A stretch of 64,000 bases of DNA from Octopus vulgaris (Eukaryota). The notes under the pieces were generated by a model. The model ran no database searches and had not been told where the DNA came from. It was given only the letters and a program-made list of their open reading frames with translations. This document shows positions 13,765-27,767 of this stretch, in pieces. Position 1 is the stretch's first letter. Every line of letters begins with the position of its first letter. The DNA lies in assembly GCA_951406725.2 (NCBI GenBank), contig OX597815.1, forward strand, positions 178,188,001 through 178,252,000. The letters run 5' to 3'. The position numbers were made by a program, and so were the translations under genes.

Positions 13765-13990
13765 TTTCTTTTATTCTTTTATTTTTTTATTCTTTTATTC
13801 GTTTCAGTAATTTGACGGCGGCCATGCTGGAGCACTAACTTGAGTCCAGCAAATCGACCACAGGACTTATTCTTTGTAAGCCTAGTACTTATCCCATCGG
13901 TATCTTTTGCCGAACCACTAAGTTACGGGTACGTAAACACACCAGCATCAATTGTCAAGCGATGTTGGTGGACATACACAGACACACAAA
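13765..13990 (-). mobile_element. SINE family A 3' half
   Basis: tttcagt.atttgac.gcggccatgctggagcac...ttttgccgaacc.ctaagttacggg.acgtaaacacacc. Confidence 0.72.
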
Positions 13991-14033
13991 CACACGCACA
14001 TATATACATGTATATAAATATATATATATATAT

Positions 14034-14178
<145 letters not shown>

Positions 14179-14192
14179 TATGTATATACATA

Positions 14193-14249
<57 letters not shown>

Positions 14250-14309
14250 ACATACTCAATACCAACACACACAAAACGCATAAACACACACACGCCATCC
14301 AGACAAACC

Positions 14310-14373
<64 letters not shown>

Positions 14374-14618
14374 ACATACTCAATACCAACACACACAAAA
14401 CGCATAAACACACACACGCCATCCAGACAAACCCAACACACATGGACACACATACGAACAAACACATACACACACTAGCACACACGCAACGCACTAACAA
14501 ACATTAATCACACACATACACAACACACACACACAAACGGGCACACATATACACACACATTCCTACCAAATCTTAAAAACACACATCTATTTACAATACA
14601 CACGCACACAAACACATG

Positions 14619-14657
<39 letters not shown>

Positions 14658-14754
14658 TCCTACCAAATCTTAAAAACACACATCTATTTACACCACAATG
14701 GTCCATGGGACCAATTAAAAACGGCCCCCACACACAAAGACATGTGTGTGTGTG

Positions 14755-14787
<33 letters not shown>

Positions 14788-16126
14788 TCACACTCACACC
14801 GTTCTGACCCCCATACACAAACACATGTATACATATACACACACAAAGACACATACACTTACACCATATATACGCACACACACAAACACATACTCAATAC
14901 CAACACACACAAAACGCATATACACACACACACACACAGATATACCCAACATACATGGACACACATACGAACAAACACATACACATGAACACACACGCAA
15001 CACACTAACAAACATTAACCACACACATACACACACACACACAAACACACACACAAACAGGCACACATATACACACACCATCCTACCCCAAAAATTCTTT
15101 AAAAAACACACATCTATTTACACCACAATAGACCCTGGAACCAATCAAAAACAGCCCACACACACACACACACACATACGTGTATACACATATATATACA
15201 CACACATAGACACACACACTCACACCATTCTGACCTCCATACAGACACACATATACACACGAAGCACCATGCCAAATGCCATCCACACACATACATACAC
15301 ACACACACTCATACACGCACACACAACACCAAGACAACCACACACGCGGTTGACAAACGCCCACACATATACACACACCATCCTATCAGATCTTACAAAC
15401 ACACAGACACATCTATTCACATCGTATATGTATATACACACACACAAAGACACACACACTCACCCCATCCTGACCCCTAAATCTTTGATGCTTGAAGGAG
15501 AGATAAAAAGGATAAATTCTTTTCAGTTCCACATTACTCCTCCTTTCCCCCACCCAAACACACCTACTGTGTCCCTTGAAATAGATACTATTCTTTTACG
15601 TTAACATGATGGACAGGTCAGTTTTAGCTTCTCTACTATCATAATGTAAACCTTTTTGAACTCATAATTTTCTGTGCGTGTATACCAATATTATCGAACT
15701 TTTTAATAATCCCTTCTGGAAATTATCTTGAGAATGTATAATATATTTGTTGTAATCTTTTGTGACCAATATTTCAATGAACTTGTTAAACTTTTTTATG
15801 TTCTCAACATTATCTTGTCACCAAAGAATGTATATATATATATGTATTGTAGTACTCTGTGTCAACCAATATTCTGTGCGTGTTTGAATATACAGATACA
15901 ATACCAATACCAATATCCCCAAAAACTTTTTAATAATTCCTTCTGGAAACTATCTTAAGCATGTTCTTGAGAATGATTATTTATGTAGTAATCTTTTGTG
16001 TCCACTGTTTTAAGGAACTTGTTAAACTTTTTTATGTCCTTAACATGTCCTTGTTACCAAAGACTGTATATATGTAATGTAGCAATTTGTAACAACCAAT
16101 AATTAACGCAACCAAACTTCTGCATG

Positions 16127-16171
16127 TTACTTTTGACAATCTTTTTCCAAAGAGTGAAACCGGTAAAGTAA
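16127..16171 (+). ncRNA. Degenerate hammerhead near the 3' end of a CA-rich, TA-flanked element (duplicate at 18664-18708)
   Basis: TTACTT-ttgacaa-TCTTT-ttcc-AAAGA-gt-GAAAC-cg-GTA-AAGTAA: perfect 6-bp stem I and palindromic ACCGGT, but CUGANGA decayed to TTGACAA. Confidence 0.5.
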
Positions 16172-16252
16172 ATAAACATATTTTCAAATTGCATTTTCAA
16201 ACCTTCTTTCGTATATAATTCCACTCGTGCGGTACCCTACAACTCCATTTTG

Positions 16253-16322
<70 letters not shown>

Positions 16323-16324
<2 letters not shown>

Positions 16325-16442
16325 CGTAGGCTCGAAACGTAAAAGACTTGTTTTATTTATATTCCTGAGCGCCATACTAATACAATTGTTTGTTTGTATT
16401 CCACCTGCCTTTGTCTTTTGTTTATTTTCATAAAGCTTCCCG

Positions 16443-16444
<2 letters not shown>
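16323..16444 (+). mobile_element. Short TA-embedded repeat (variant-hammerhead family), 5'-truncated within stem II; duplicate at 18858-18978
   Basis: agcgtaggctcGAAACGTAaaagac...ttcctgagcg...ctaataca...cacctg.ctt.gtcttttgttt shared with the 25536, 30290 and 48470 copies. Confidence 0.75.
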
Positions 16445-16504
<60 letters not shown>

Positions 16505-16523
16505 CTGGCGTCTGAGGCTTGGC

Positions 16524-16623
16524 NNNNNNNNNNNNNNNNNNNNNNNNNNNNNNNNNNNNNNNNNNNNNNNNNNNNNNNNNNNNNNNNNNNNNNNNNNNNN
16601 NNNNNNNNNNNNNNNNNNNNNNN
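16524..16623. other. Assembly gap (100 N)
   Basis: Run of N. Confidence 0.99.
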
Positions 16624-16686
16624 GACATACACAGACACACAAACACACGCACATATATACATGTATATAAATATATATATATATAT

Positions 16687-16839
<153 letters not shown>

Positions 16840-16853
16840 TATGTATATACATA

Positions 16854-16910
<57 letters not shown>

Positions 16911-16970
16911 ACATACTCAATACCAACACACACAAAACGCATAAACACACACACGCCATCCAGACAAACC

Positions 16971-17034
<64 letters not shown>

Positions 17035-17309
17035 ACATACTCAATACCAACACACACAAAACGCATAAACACACACACGCCATCCAGACAAACCCAACAC
17101 ACATGGACACACATACGAACAAACACATACACACACTAGCACACACTAACAAACATTAATCACACACATACACAACACACACACACAAACGGGCACACAT
17201 ATACACACACATTCCTACCAAATCTTAAAAACACACATCTATTTACACCACAATGGTCCATGGGACCAATTAAAAACGGCCCCCACACACAAAGACATGT
17301 GTGTGTGTG

Positions 17310-17342
<33 letters not shown>

Positions 17343-18789
17343 TCACACTCACACCGTTCTGACCCCCATACACAAACACATGTATACATATACACACACA
17401 AAGACACATACACTTACACCATATATACGCACACACACAAACACATACTCAATACCAACACACACAAAACGCATATACACACACACACCACACAGATATA
17501 CCCAACATACATGGACACACATACGAACAAGCACATACACATGAACACACACGCAACACACTAACAAACATTAACCACACACATACACACACACACACAA
17601 ACACACACACAAACAGGCACACATATACACACACCATCCTACCCCAAAAATTCTTTAAAAAACACACATCTATTTACACCACAATAGACCCTGGAACCAA
17701 TCAAAAACAGCCCCCAACACACACACAAATACATGTATACATATATATATACACACACACACCATTCTGACCTCCATACAGACACACATATACACACATA
17801 GCACCATGCCAAATGCCATCCACACACATACATACACACACACACTCATACACGCACACACAACACCAAGACAACCACACACGCGGTTGACAAACGCCCA
17901 CACATATACACACACCATCCTATCAGATCTTACAAACACACAGACACATCTATTCACATCGTATATGTATATACACACACACAAAGACACACACACTCAC
18001 CCCATCCTGACCCCTAAATCTTTGATGCTTGAAGGAGAGATAAAAAGGATAAATTCTTTTCAGTTCCACATTACTCCTCCTTTCCCCCACCCAAACACAC
18101 CTACTGTGTCCCTTGAAATAGATACTATTCTTTTACGTTAACATGATGGACAGGTCAGTTTTAGCTTCTCTACTATCATAATGTAAACCTTTTTGAACTC
18201 ATAATTTTCTGTGCGTGTATACCAATATTATCGAACTTTTTAATAATCCCTTCTGGAAATTATCTTGAGAATGTATAATATATTTGTTGTAATCTTTTGT
18301 GACCAATATTTCAATGAACTTGTTAAACTTTTTTATGTTCTCAACATTATCTTGTCACCAAAGAATGTATATATATATATGTATTGTAGTACTCTGTGTC
18401 AACCAATATTCTGTGCGTGTTTGAATATACAGATACAATACCAATACCAATATCCCCAAAAACTTTTTAATAATTCCTTCTGGAAACTATCTTAAGCATG
18501 TTCTTGAGAATGATTATTTATGTAGTAATCTTTTGTGTCCACTGTTTTAAGGAACTTGTTAAACTTTTTTATGTCCTTAACATGTCCTTGTTACCAAAGA
18601 CTGTATATATGTAATGTAGCAATTTGTAACAACCAATAATTAACGCAACCAAACTTCTGCATGTTACTTTTGACAATCTTTTTCCAAAGAGTGAAACCGG
18701 TAAAGTAAATAAACATATTTTCAAATTGCATTTTCAAACCTTCTTTCGTATATAATTCCACTCGTGCGGTACCCTACAACTCCATTTTG

Positions 18790-18859
<70 letters not shown>

Positions 18860-18977
18860 CGTAGGCTCGAAACGTAAAAGACTTGTTTTATTTATATTCC
18901 TGAGCGCCATACTAATACAATTGTTTGTTTGTATTCCACCTGCCTTTGTCTTTTGTTTATTTTCATAAAGCTTCCCG

Positions 18978-19039
<62 letters not shown>

Positions 19040-19877
19040 CTGGCGTCTGAGGCTTGGCGGCAATATTTGTGATCCCTGATAGAGATTCTTCGGCGCATGG
19101 AATAACAGCTTTACTCGAATTCTTGGATGAACTGGCTCCCATGAAATGAGTAATAATTGGAGATTTCGAATTAGGTGACTGAACCATTTTTAGTTTATTG
19201 TTCTGGGCATCCTACAATTATGGATGCAGCTTTCCATAATTATAATGGAGTGTTAATTTTTACCATTAGAATGATATCATCCAAAATTATTTTACAAATT
19301 ATAATTTTGTTGGAATGCGTATACTCGAAAGCGAATTGATAAGGAAGCTGGGATTGGGATTTTTAAATAAGTTTTGTCTGTGATTTCAGGTTAAATTGAT
19401 CACACTTATATAATTCATAAACAAGAGCATTCAAGAAAATCCTGAATGCTAAAACTGATGAACCAACATGCTCCTAAGTTGTTTAACCAACACTTATCCT
19501 AAATACAATCACTTTGTAACATCGCCGTGTGCCAAATGTTATAACAGCCCCGGGAGATGCCTGAGATGAAACAAGCGGTCGCTGTAAATAGTCTTCCCTT
19601 CAAATATCTATGCGTTTGTGTGTATGTGTGTATCGTCTCTTCGGCGTTCTTCATGCCGCCTGACAATAAGTGCCTAGCAAGAAGGGCAGACGGGTATGGA
19701 GGCAGAGTAATAGTTTTCTGTTCAGATCTCTCCTGGAATCATAAGAACGCTCGTGATGTACAGTTTGTCTCGGGAACTTTATCCTGGACGGTGATGGTCA
19801 GAATTGTCAATATCTGAACCCACCCTTTTTCTTCTGTAAGGAATGAGAGAATGAATGCGAGAGAGATAGGGGGGGGG

Positions 19878-20070
19878 AGAAGAAGAAGAAGAAGAAGAAG
19901 AAGAAGAAGAAGAAGAAACAGAAGAAGAAGAAGAAGAAGAAGAAGAAGAAGAAGAAGAAGAAGAAGAAGAAGAAGAAGAAGAAGAAGAAGAAGAAGACGA
20001 AGAACAACAACAACACAAACAAAAACAACAACATCAACAGCGATGACGACGTCGACGACGACAACAACAG
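19878..20070. repeat. (AAG)n then (AAC)/(GAC) microsatellite
   Basis: Directly visible. Confidence 0.95.
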
Positions 20071-20542
20071 GAGTTTGTCCCAGAGTTCTAACGCTTTATT
20101 TTTCTGAAACCTCAAGAGTGTTTAAAATACGAGGGCTGAAAGTGAAACCATTACCACCCGGCATACCATCCAGTGGTCTGTTGTTTTTGGTGAACAACTG
20201 TTAATTCGCATTAACATATTCATTAATGAAAATGGAACGGTATTTTTTCTTCTACAGTAAAATGTTTATAAATAAGGTTTAGGGAAGTCGTCACAAAAAA
20301 AGAGACATTTTACCGTTCTTTCACCGTATTGTACCATACAATCTTTCGTTTCTTACTATTTTTGAGTCGCCAGTATGAATCTTATTTTGTATTTAATGTG
20401 TTCTCTTTTTGAGGTCGGTTTCTAATTAATGATTCATATTAATAAGGAGCAACAAAATTAAAGGATTCGCCATCACAGATTAATTGGAATATGTTTTCAG
20501 ATGAAAGGAGCAAAGCACTTTAGAATTATTGAGTTGTTTGAT

Positions 20543-20592
<50 letters not shown>

Positions 20593-21693
20593 TATATTAA
20601 TCCGATTGAGATTAACGATAACGATAGTATTTACCATTACTATGCTCAAAAGTTATCTCTAAGACATTGATTCTTTTTAGCTTGAATCTTTTCCAATATG
20701 TCTATAAACCCCTTAGTATGAATATTAATTATATAGCCATTTATGCTTCGTACTTTGCAATGGCCATCTGCACGTTAAAACCTTATTCAGTGAAGACAAA
20801 TAACATGAAAAACAAGTCGAACATATAGAATTCTATTAATCCACAAGCTTCAGAGTCATCATCCCAGGCCGTAGTTATATGGAACGGATTCTGTCTATGA
20901 CGTTTTATCCCGCAGGTGTTATTGTAAATTAGCGAAGATTTTTAGGAAAATAAAAATAAGAAAAAAAGGGGGAAATTTTACCGGTGAGTGTGTTACATTA
21001 TAAGGCACAAAAAGAAAATGACTCTCCCCAGACACAACAGAATATGCTTCAACACACGAACTCATATAAAGAATCTTACAAACCAAATCAAAAAACGAAA
21101 ATTTCCTCTTATGCAGGAAACTGCAACGTTAGAGTTACAAAGTGGAATAATACTTATACAAATTCCGAAAGGTTTTGAGAGAAGGGATTTGATTGATAGT
21201 CGGCTGTTTATATCAGATACGTAGTTGACTGTTTGTATCAGATACACTATTATTCTATAAAGAAATAAAATTGAACTATTTACCATTAATCTAAATGGAA
21301 TATAATGCATCGTTATTGACTGTGTCTCACTGCTTTTTTGTTTTTGTTTTTTATTAATCTACAGTTTGGGTTGATACGAATATCATCTTCATACTACTTT
21401 AAATAAAATGATCATTCGATGTAAGAATAAAGAATTTCACAATCCTCTGATTTGAGCCGGGCCTAAAGACAGGTGACCATGGGCCACAATAATTACACCT
21501 TATAGACATTTTAACTGCAGCATTTTTATAAACTCACTAAAAGGTTTTAGAAAATTCCATGACTCCTTTAGGCGCTAAAATTTATTCGCTCTTTTGTCAG
21601 AAAGCTCCTTGCCTGGAAAATTATCGATTGGCATTAAAAGAGAAAGACCATGTAATACAGATATAATGAACCCTGGTTAATATTGCCAGATAT

Positions 21694-21905
21694 AAAGGCG
21701 GTGACGTGGCAGAATCGTTATGAGACTAGACTAAATATTTAGCATTATTTCGCCCACCTTTAGTTCTGAGTTCAAATTCCTACGAGGTCGACTTTACCTA
21801 TAATTCTTTCTGGGTCGATAAAATCCATACCGGTTGACAACTGGGGTCGAAATATTCACCTTAACCCCTCCCTCGAAATTACTGGCCTTGTGCCAGAATA
21901 TAAAA
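21694..21905 (+). mobile_element. SINE family B
   Basis: aaggcggtgacgtggcagaatcgtta...ttctgagttcaaattcc...gaggtcgacttt. Confidence 0.75.
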
Positions 21906-21914
21906 CCAATATTC

Positions 21915-22116
21915 ATTTCAAGTTTTGGCACAAGGCCAGAAATTTCGGGGGAGAGGGTATACCGATCCCAGTGCTTCATTGGGTCTTATTTTATCGACTC
22001 CGAAAAGATGAACGACAAAGTTGACTTCGACAGAATTTGAATTCAGAACGAAAAGGCGGGCGAAATGCCGCTAGCTATTTTGTCTGGCCTGCTAACGATT
22101 CTGCCAGCTCACCGCT
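21915..22116 (-). mobile_element. SINE family B (inverted relative to its neighbour)
   Basis: ggcacaaggcc...gaatttgaattcagaacg...gctaacgattctgccagctcaccgc. Confidence 0.75.
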
Positions 22117-23355
22117 AATAACAAAAACAATAATAACTTACTTCAAAAAACTTTGTTCTTCCAGTTGTAGATTCGTTCCAGTAACCAAGCTCCTATGGGG
22201 TCATTTAGTCTGCTTAAAATAACGGCCAAAAATTCTTCAAAAAACACTTGAAAATGTGGCGAATACAGAAGATAATGTAGTACCGGATGCCCTACAAAAA
22301 CACAAGTCCTTGCTAGAAATCCTTTGATCATGGATCTCTTCAAATAATTATGGTCTGAGACGGCACAACAACAATGAGGTTTTCATTTAAAAACATTGAC
22401 GTCTCATATTCACGTAACTTCAGATCTACGATGGAATAATTTTACGCCTTCCAAATTAGTTTGTCGATACTGCGACTACACATAAAGAATGATTAATGCT
22501 TCTATCTTACATTTCCAGAATTAAGACGAAATGTTTAAATAATTCATTATCTCTTCAAAAATGTCAATGCATTATCGTAAATTTAATCTTTGTGAGGTTC
22601 AATAGTATGTTGAGAGAATGTAGAAAATCCAATGTAACTGACAGATGCTGCATAAATTATGCGTAGCGAATATATATTATGTGAATCTGGTAAAGTTTAA
22701 TTTACATATTTTATAGTATTTATATCATTCTACACATCATCTATGACATTCTTAGATTTATAAATAACATGATGTAGAGAATGCATAATTGCTTAAAAGT
22801 TGTGCATTAGAAATATCCATATTTGAATATCGTACCTTTTTGGTATTTGACGTATTTCAATATTGGGATAAATAAGAAATAAGTCGATAATGCATAAACG
22901 GTACACGTTGTATATTTTAGTTCTTCGATTTTTTTTCTGTTGGTGCTGTTGTTATCAATGTATAAAATGTCTCCAGTAGTGACAATATCGAAATGTCTAT
23001 CATATTTGCATCGGTGGGGCTCTTTCATGTAAATCGATAACAGCAGCTGCAAAATATATAATCTTATGAATAGGAAATGCAACAAGTCTCTAAATATATA
23101 ACCTGAAAAATAATTCGCACACACAAGAAAATATGTCAAATGTTCATCAAGACTGCCCGAGTAAAGTCCACACTGTTTCCATAGAAAAACTTTCTACCAA
23201 AATAGCAGCACACAATACTTGCCGATTTGCCTGGGGCTGCTGTTGGACCCCAACCATCAAATGAAGAGAAAATATATAGAAGTTCAGATGTTTCATACAA
23301 GTCTTTTGAACGTCAGTATTGATAGAGACAGCATACAATATGTATGTATATATAT

Positions 23356-23447
<92 letters not shown>

Positions 23448-23449
<2 letters not shown>

Positions 23450-23705
23450 GTGTGTGTGATTGTGTATAGAAGAATATATTAATAAAAAGAATTCCAACCT
23501 TGTCTGATTTTCACGTTTTATTTACAATCTTATAATGATATATTATAAGATAATATATTATAATTGAGTAAAATTATTTTATTTTACTCAATTATAATCA
23601 TTTTATTTTACTCAATTATAATATATTATCTTATAATATATCATTATAAGATTGTAAATAAAACGTGAAAATCAGACAAGGTTGGAATTCTTTTTATTAA
23701 TATAT
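23448..23705. repeat. TA-flanked ~100-bp-arm palindrome (23474-23705) with a short duplication at the centre
   Basis: attaataaaaagaattccaaccttgtctgattttcacg... and its exact reverse complement; ttttattttactcaattataat is duplicated at the axis. Confidence 0.88.
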
Positions 23706-23751
23706 ACATATATATATATATACATATACATATGTATATGTGTGTATATGT

Positions 23752-24066
23752 TATTCATTCATTCATTCGGTTCTCATTGCGTCTTGTATCACTTGAGGCG
23801 ACAGCAAGATCATTCCACCTGCTAACACTGAAAGCGTCTTTGATAGCTTATTCCATTGTTAACCCTCTCGGCTTTTAAGATCTTTTGTTACTGTTTTCCG
23901 CCACGTTTCCTTTTGTTGGCCACGTCTGCTTTTACCTTGTGGAACCCAATGCAAGGCGATCCTGACAATTGAATTCGTTTTATAGCGACAAATTCAACCC
24001 GGCCATTTTTCCTCTCCTTGTATAAATAGTTTTTCTTATTGGTTGCACGTTAGCCTTGCTGTGTTG
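23752..24066 (-). mobile_element. RTE-clade LINE 3' end with (GAAT)n tail
   Basis: Minus-strand translation IRKTIYTRRGKWPG*ICR...SIVRIALHWVPQGKSRRGQQKETWRKTVTKDL matches the RTE C-terminus (RRWxWxGH...ALxWxPxGKRxRGRPKxTW). Confidence 0.8.
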
Positions 24067-24067
24067 G

Positions 24068-24304
24068 TCACGGTAAACGAAGTCGTAAAAGGTATCTGTA
24101 AATTAGAAAAATGGAAAATCATCAGGATCAATCGGAGTTCGTAATGAAATGCTTAAAGCAGTGGTCAAAGCATTACCAATTATTTTGCTAAATATTTTAC
24201 AAAATATCTTAATCAGTGAGGAAATATCGAACGACTAGAAAAAAGGACTCATTGTGAAATTACCAACGAAAGATGATGCATCAAACTCTAATAATTGGAA
24301 AGGA

Positions 24305-24311
<7 letters not shown>
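24068..24311 (+). mobile_element. RTE-clade RT N-terminal fragment, inverted relative to the adjoining 3' end
   Basis: EVVKGICKL-(fs)-KNGKSSG...EMLKA...EEISND*KKGLIVKLPTKDDASNSNNWKGIT, equivalent to the LKNGKxPG...W...KKGD...NWRGI motif. Confidence 0.8.
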
Positions 24312-24356
<45 letters not shown>

Positions 24357-24370
24357 CTATATATATATAT

Positions 24371-25330
24371 TAACCAGGAAGCGATAAATAAGTAAACGTT
24401 TAAGCGTAGAGTATTCTTTCTTGAATTAATCTTAACGGAATAGCTTTGAATTTTCCAGTATTTCGAATTTCATATCACCAATCTTTCTGCTGACAATGTG
24501 AGCTAGCTTGATAACTCTTAAATAATAAAATGTTTCAATATGTTTCTTATAAGACAGCGTGCCGGAAATAACACGTGTTTTAATATCTTTATAAAGAAAA
24601 AAGACACGGGAGGAATGTTTTTATAAAAATTACTCTATAGAGATCACATTCTCCATCTCCTTCCTGGCTCTCTTTTCTAAACAATATAGCTAAATATGAG
24701 TCTTTTATGAATCTTTAGATATAGAAACTAGCGTAATACAAGATGGGTTTTTGCTGTTCAAGCAAATTCTTCAAAATAGTCGTCAAAAGTGTATTGCAAC
24801 TTCGAAATAAACGTTTTCAATTTCCTCTTTTTATGTGAAGAATCGTCATACTCATGCTTGATAATACTTACATAAAAAATAATTTTCTATCATGTTTACA
24901 ACGACCCTGACAATGTTTGGAACAAATTTCCTATTTTCTCGCTCAATGCTCATACTGCATTTTACGTGTAAAGCTACATTTCCTATAAACTTGTGCTTTA
25001 TGCGAAACCAACCAAGTAATTTTAATTCGCGTATTCTTCCCTTGCGTAGGAACATATAAATTTCGACAAAGATGAAGACGCAAGATATCAACGTTAACGG
25101 ATGAATATTTATGGTTATTGTATCGATTTTTAAATGCCAATTCATTTTCGCCAATATATACTTTCGGTTCTTCGTTGCTTATGGGTTTCGTCATCAGCGT
25201 CTATATTGTAGACTTTGTCAAACAAATGTCGTCTAGAGGTTAGTTTTTGCGGTATAAACAATTGTTCGATAACTTTTCATATGACGTCTTCCATCTTGTT
25301 TTATTCAGCTATCCAACGTTGTAATCTCTC
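24371..25330 (-). mobile_element. Penelope-like retroelement 3' remnant (GIY-YIG endonuclease pseudogene, ~24860-25270)
   Basis: Frameshifted translation PLDDICLTKSTI*...KVYIGENELAFKNRYNNHKYS...SSLSKFI...ITW...Y...RCKH, matching the PLE CPLxGxCL...YIG...FKxRYNNH...LSxxIW...CRH pattern; 3' end abuts (TA)n. Confidence 0.78.
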
Positions 25331-25535
25331 ACATCACAATGTTGCTATTTAACAGCGTACTATATGTATATATATATATATATATTAATAAATGAAATAA
25401 AACATATGCATATATATAAACATATATGTACGTACCTACCTCTACATGTACATATACACGCATATATGAGTACAGGACACCAAAGGGACGTCGAACACAA
25501 AGAGAAACGAAAACATAGACACATATATATATATA

Positions 25536-25728
25536 GGGAGAGTTTACGAAAAAAACAAAAAACGAAGACAGGTGGTGTACAAAACAAACAGATGTATTAG
25601 TATAACGCTCAGGAATAGAAAAAGTCATTTACGTTTAGAGCCTACGCTCTTCTACAGAAAGGGACACAGAAGAAAAAAAAGAAGGAGAGAAACAAAGAGA
25701 GAAAAAAATGTGTGTAGTGGCTAACGAT
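25536..25728 (-). mobile_element. Variant-hammerhead short repeat (motif 25624-25665)
   Basis: Minus: ccttt-CTGTAGA-A-GAGC-gtag-GCTC-tAAAC-GTA-aatgac followed by the family tail ending at (TA)n. Confidence 0.72.
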
Positions 25729-27767
25729 AAATATACATATATATATAAATGAAGTTTTGAATGAAAAGAGGTTGCGCTTTCCCAGGGATGCCTATTATCC
25801 AAGCGCACACCGGTTTAGCTCCATATTGATTAATATACTTGGAATCCATTAATTTGTGTTAGTATTAGTGTTAACACTTATGAAGTGATGATCGCTAGCA
25901 ATCATGATATATATATATATATATATATACAGAGAGAGAGAGAGAGAGACAGATAGACAGACAGACAGGCAGACAGAGATGTAGCTAGAACGTTGACTTC
26001 AGATTTTGAATGTAAGAGGCTTCATTGGACTGTAATAATTGAAGTACAGATGATATTCCGGTAGAGTACCACTGAAGACAATGTTGAATTCTAAGAGACG
26101 GCATTCATCAACTGCTGTCCTCATTACAAATGCAAAACGTTGCCAAGGTGAGCAAACTACCGTCCGTCGTATATACAAGTGTGTGTGAGTGTGTGTGTAA
26201 GTAAATGAGTATATATGCTGGTGTCTATAATAAAATGGTTTCATCTAGGAGTGAAAACTAAATTACGAATGATCTTTTTTTCTGATCAAATTTAACCATT
26301 CTACTTTTTTTGCTTGTAAACAAGGACAAAGACAGAAATGTTTTGGTCAGACCGTTTCTACACCTTTTCAAGAAAACACCATTAAATCGACTAAGAACTC
26401 AACTTAGCAAATCTAATACATTAATCCCTACAGCAAATGTTTTTGTTTCTTCGAGACTTAATAAGAAAATACATTCACCTATGAAATCCTTGACTATATC
26501 ATAAAAACAATTATAAACTAATCTCTTTATGTTGCCGTAGCAATTGTTTTTCTTGTATTTTCATGTAAATATTCTTTCATTTTTCTGGTAGCGGTTGTTA
26601 TTGTTGTTGTAAATTGTTAGCAATATAATGACTTGCAGAAGCTTTCGGGCATAACTAAGAATTTTGTTCTATAATAATTGGCCACACCATTAAAGTGTAA
26701 TCATGCGAATAATGATATAACGGGAGAAATGTCTAGTAAGAGATATGTGAGTGGTTATGTATATTTTAAGTGTGTCTTCAGTCCTCCTTTGTATTTGTAT
26801 GTATATGTGTGTAGATGTTTGTAAAAGAAAAAAAAACACTAATAATATAGAAAAAGATAATCCGTGAAAAGGAGGACTTTGCTCATAGGTTTCTGCTTTG
26901 TTTGTAGAACTGTTTTCAAATTTAATAACGCTTGCAAATTGCTAAGGTTTTGTTTTGCAATATTATTTCGCACGAGAGATAGTAAAAATTCCGTACATAT
27001 CACATAAAGTTTCTGAACGAATCAGCTACTATTTTTGAGAATATTTTTCTTTTTTGCAGGTACCAATATTATAAACTACCCGACTGGGAATTTTTAATTA
27101 GCTACATAACCACCAATGATATTTGATCATATCCATTGACAACCGAGAAATCAACAGATATTTTGACGGTTTATATAGTAGCAAAGTATATTGGGTTACG
27201 GTCACCAATTATGTCTATGAACTCTAGTGGTTTCTAAAATTTACGAACCAATGAGTACCACTATTAGGGAAGAATCAGAAATGTGAGAAGCGCAATGATG
27301 GGAGGTTTAGAAACTCGCGCTAATGAGTTCTAAAATCTTCCTAACTATAAAACTGAAAATGGTCAGTATCCAAGTTTGATGCACATTGTATATACACCAG
27401 ACGAAGTTCAAATCTTCCTGTGGTGATGCATCTTAAGAATAGTTCCTTGAGTTCCTGCGCTGCCACATTCATTCCAAATATACAACTGTTTACTTATACT
27501 GTTATCCGCAATGCTGCGTATGATTTATTTAATTTGTTGTATTATTGAGCATTAAATATGAATTATTATGAAAACATAGTTTATTGATATCAAATTGGAA
27601 ATTGGAATCTAAGCCAATTTCTGATCACGAAGTTCAAAGCATTGTTATAATGCGTTTTAAAAACACTGAAAGTCTTAAATGCAATTCCAAATATATTATA
27701 TTATCTTTTATATTTAAAAAAAAATAGCAATTATATATTTTAGGAAAATACTTTTCACACCAAATAT

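Noticed and set aside
19040-19180. LAAIFVIP...VIIGDFE, reminiscent of a LINE APE endonuclease motif
   Set aside because: Too short and degenerate to support without a homology search.
20123-20160. TA-CGAGGG, resembling a mariner TIR start
   Set aside because: No matching opposite terminus or transposase found.
19779-20204. Poly-S/F/R ORFs (and the poly-L/M ORF at 58705-59034)
   Set aside because: Trinucleotide microsatellite read-through.
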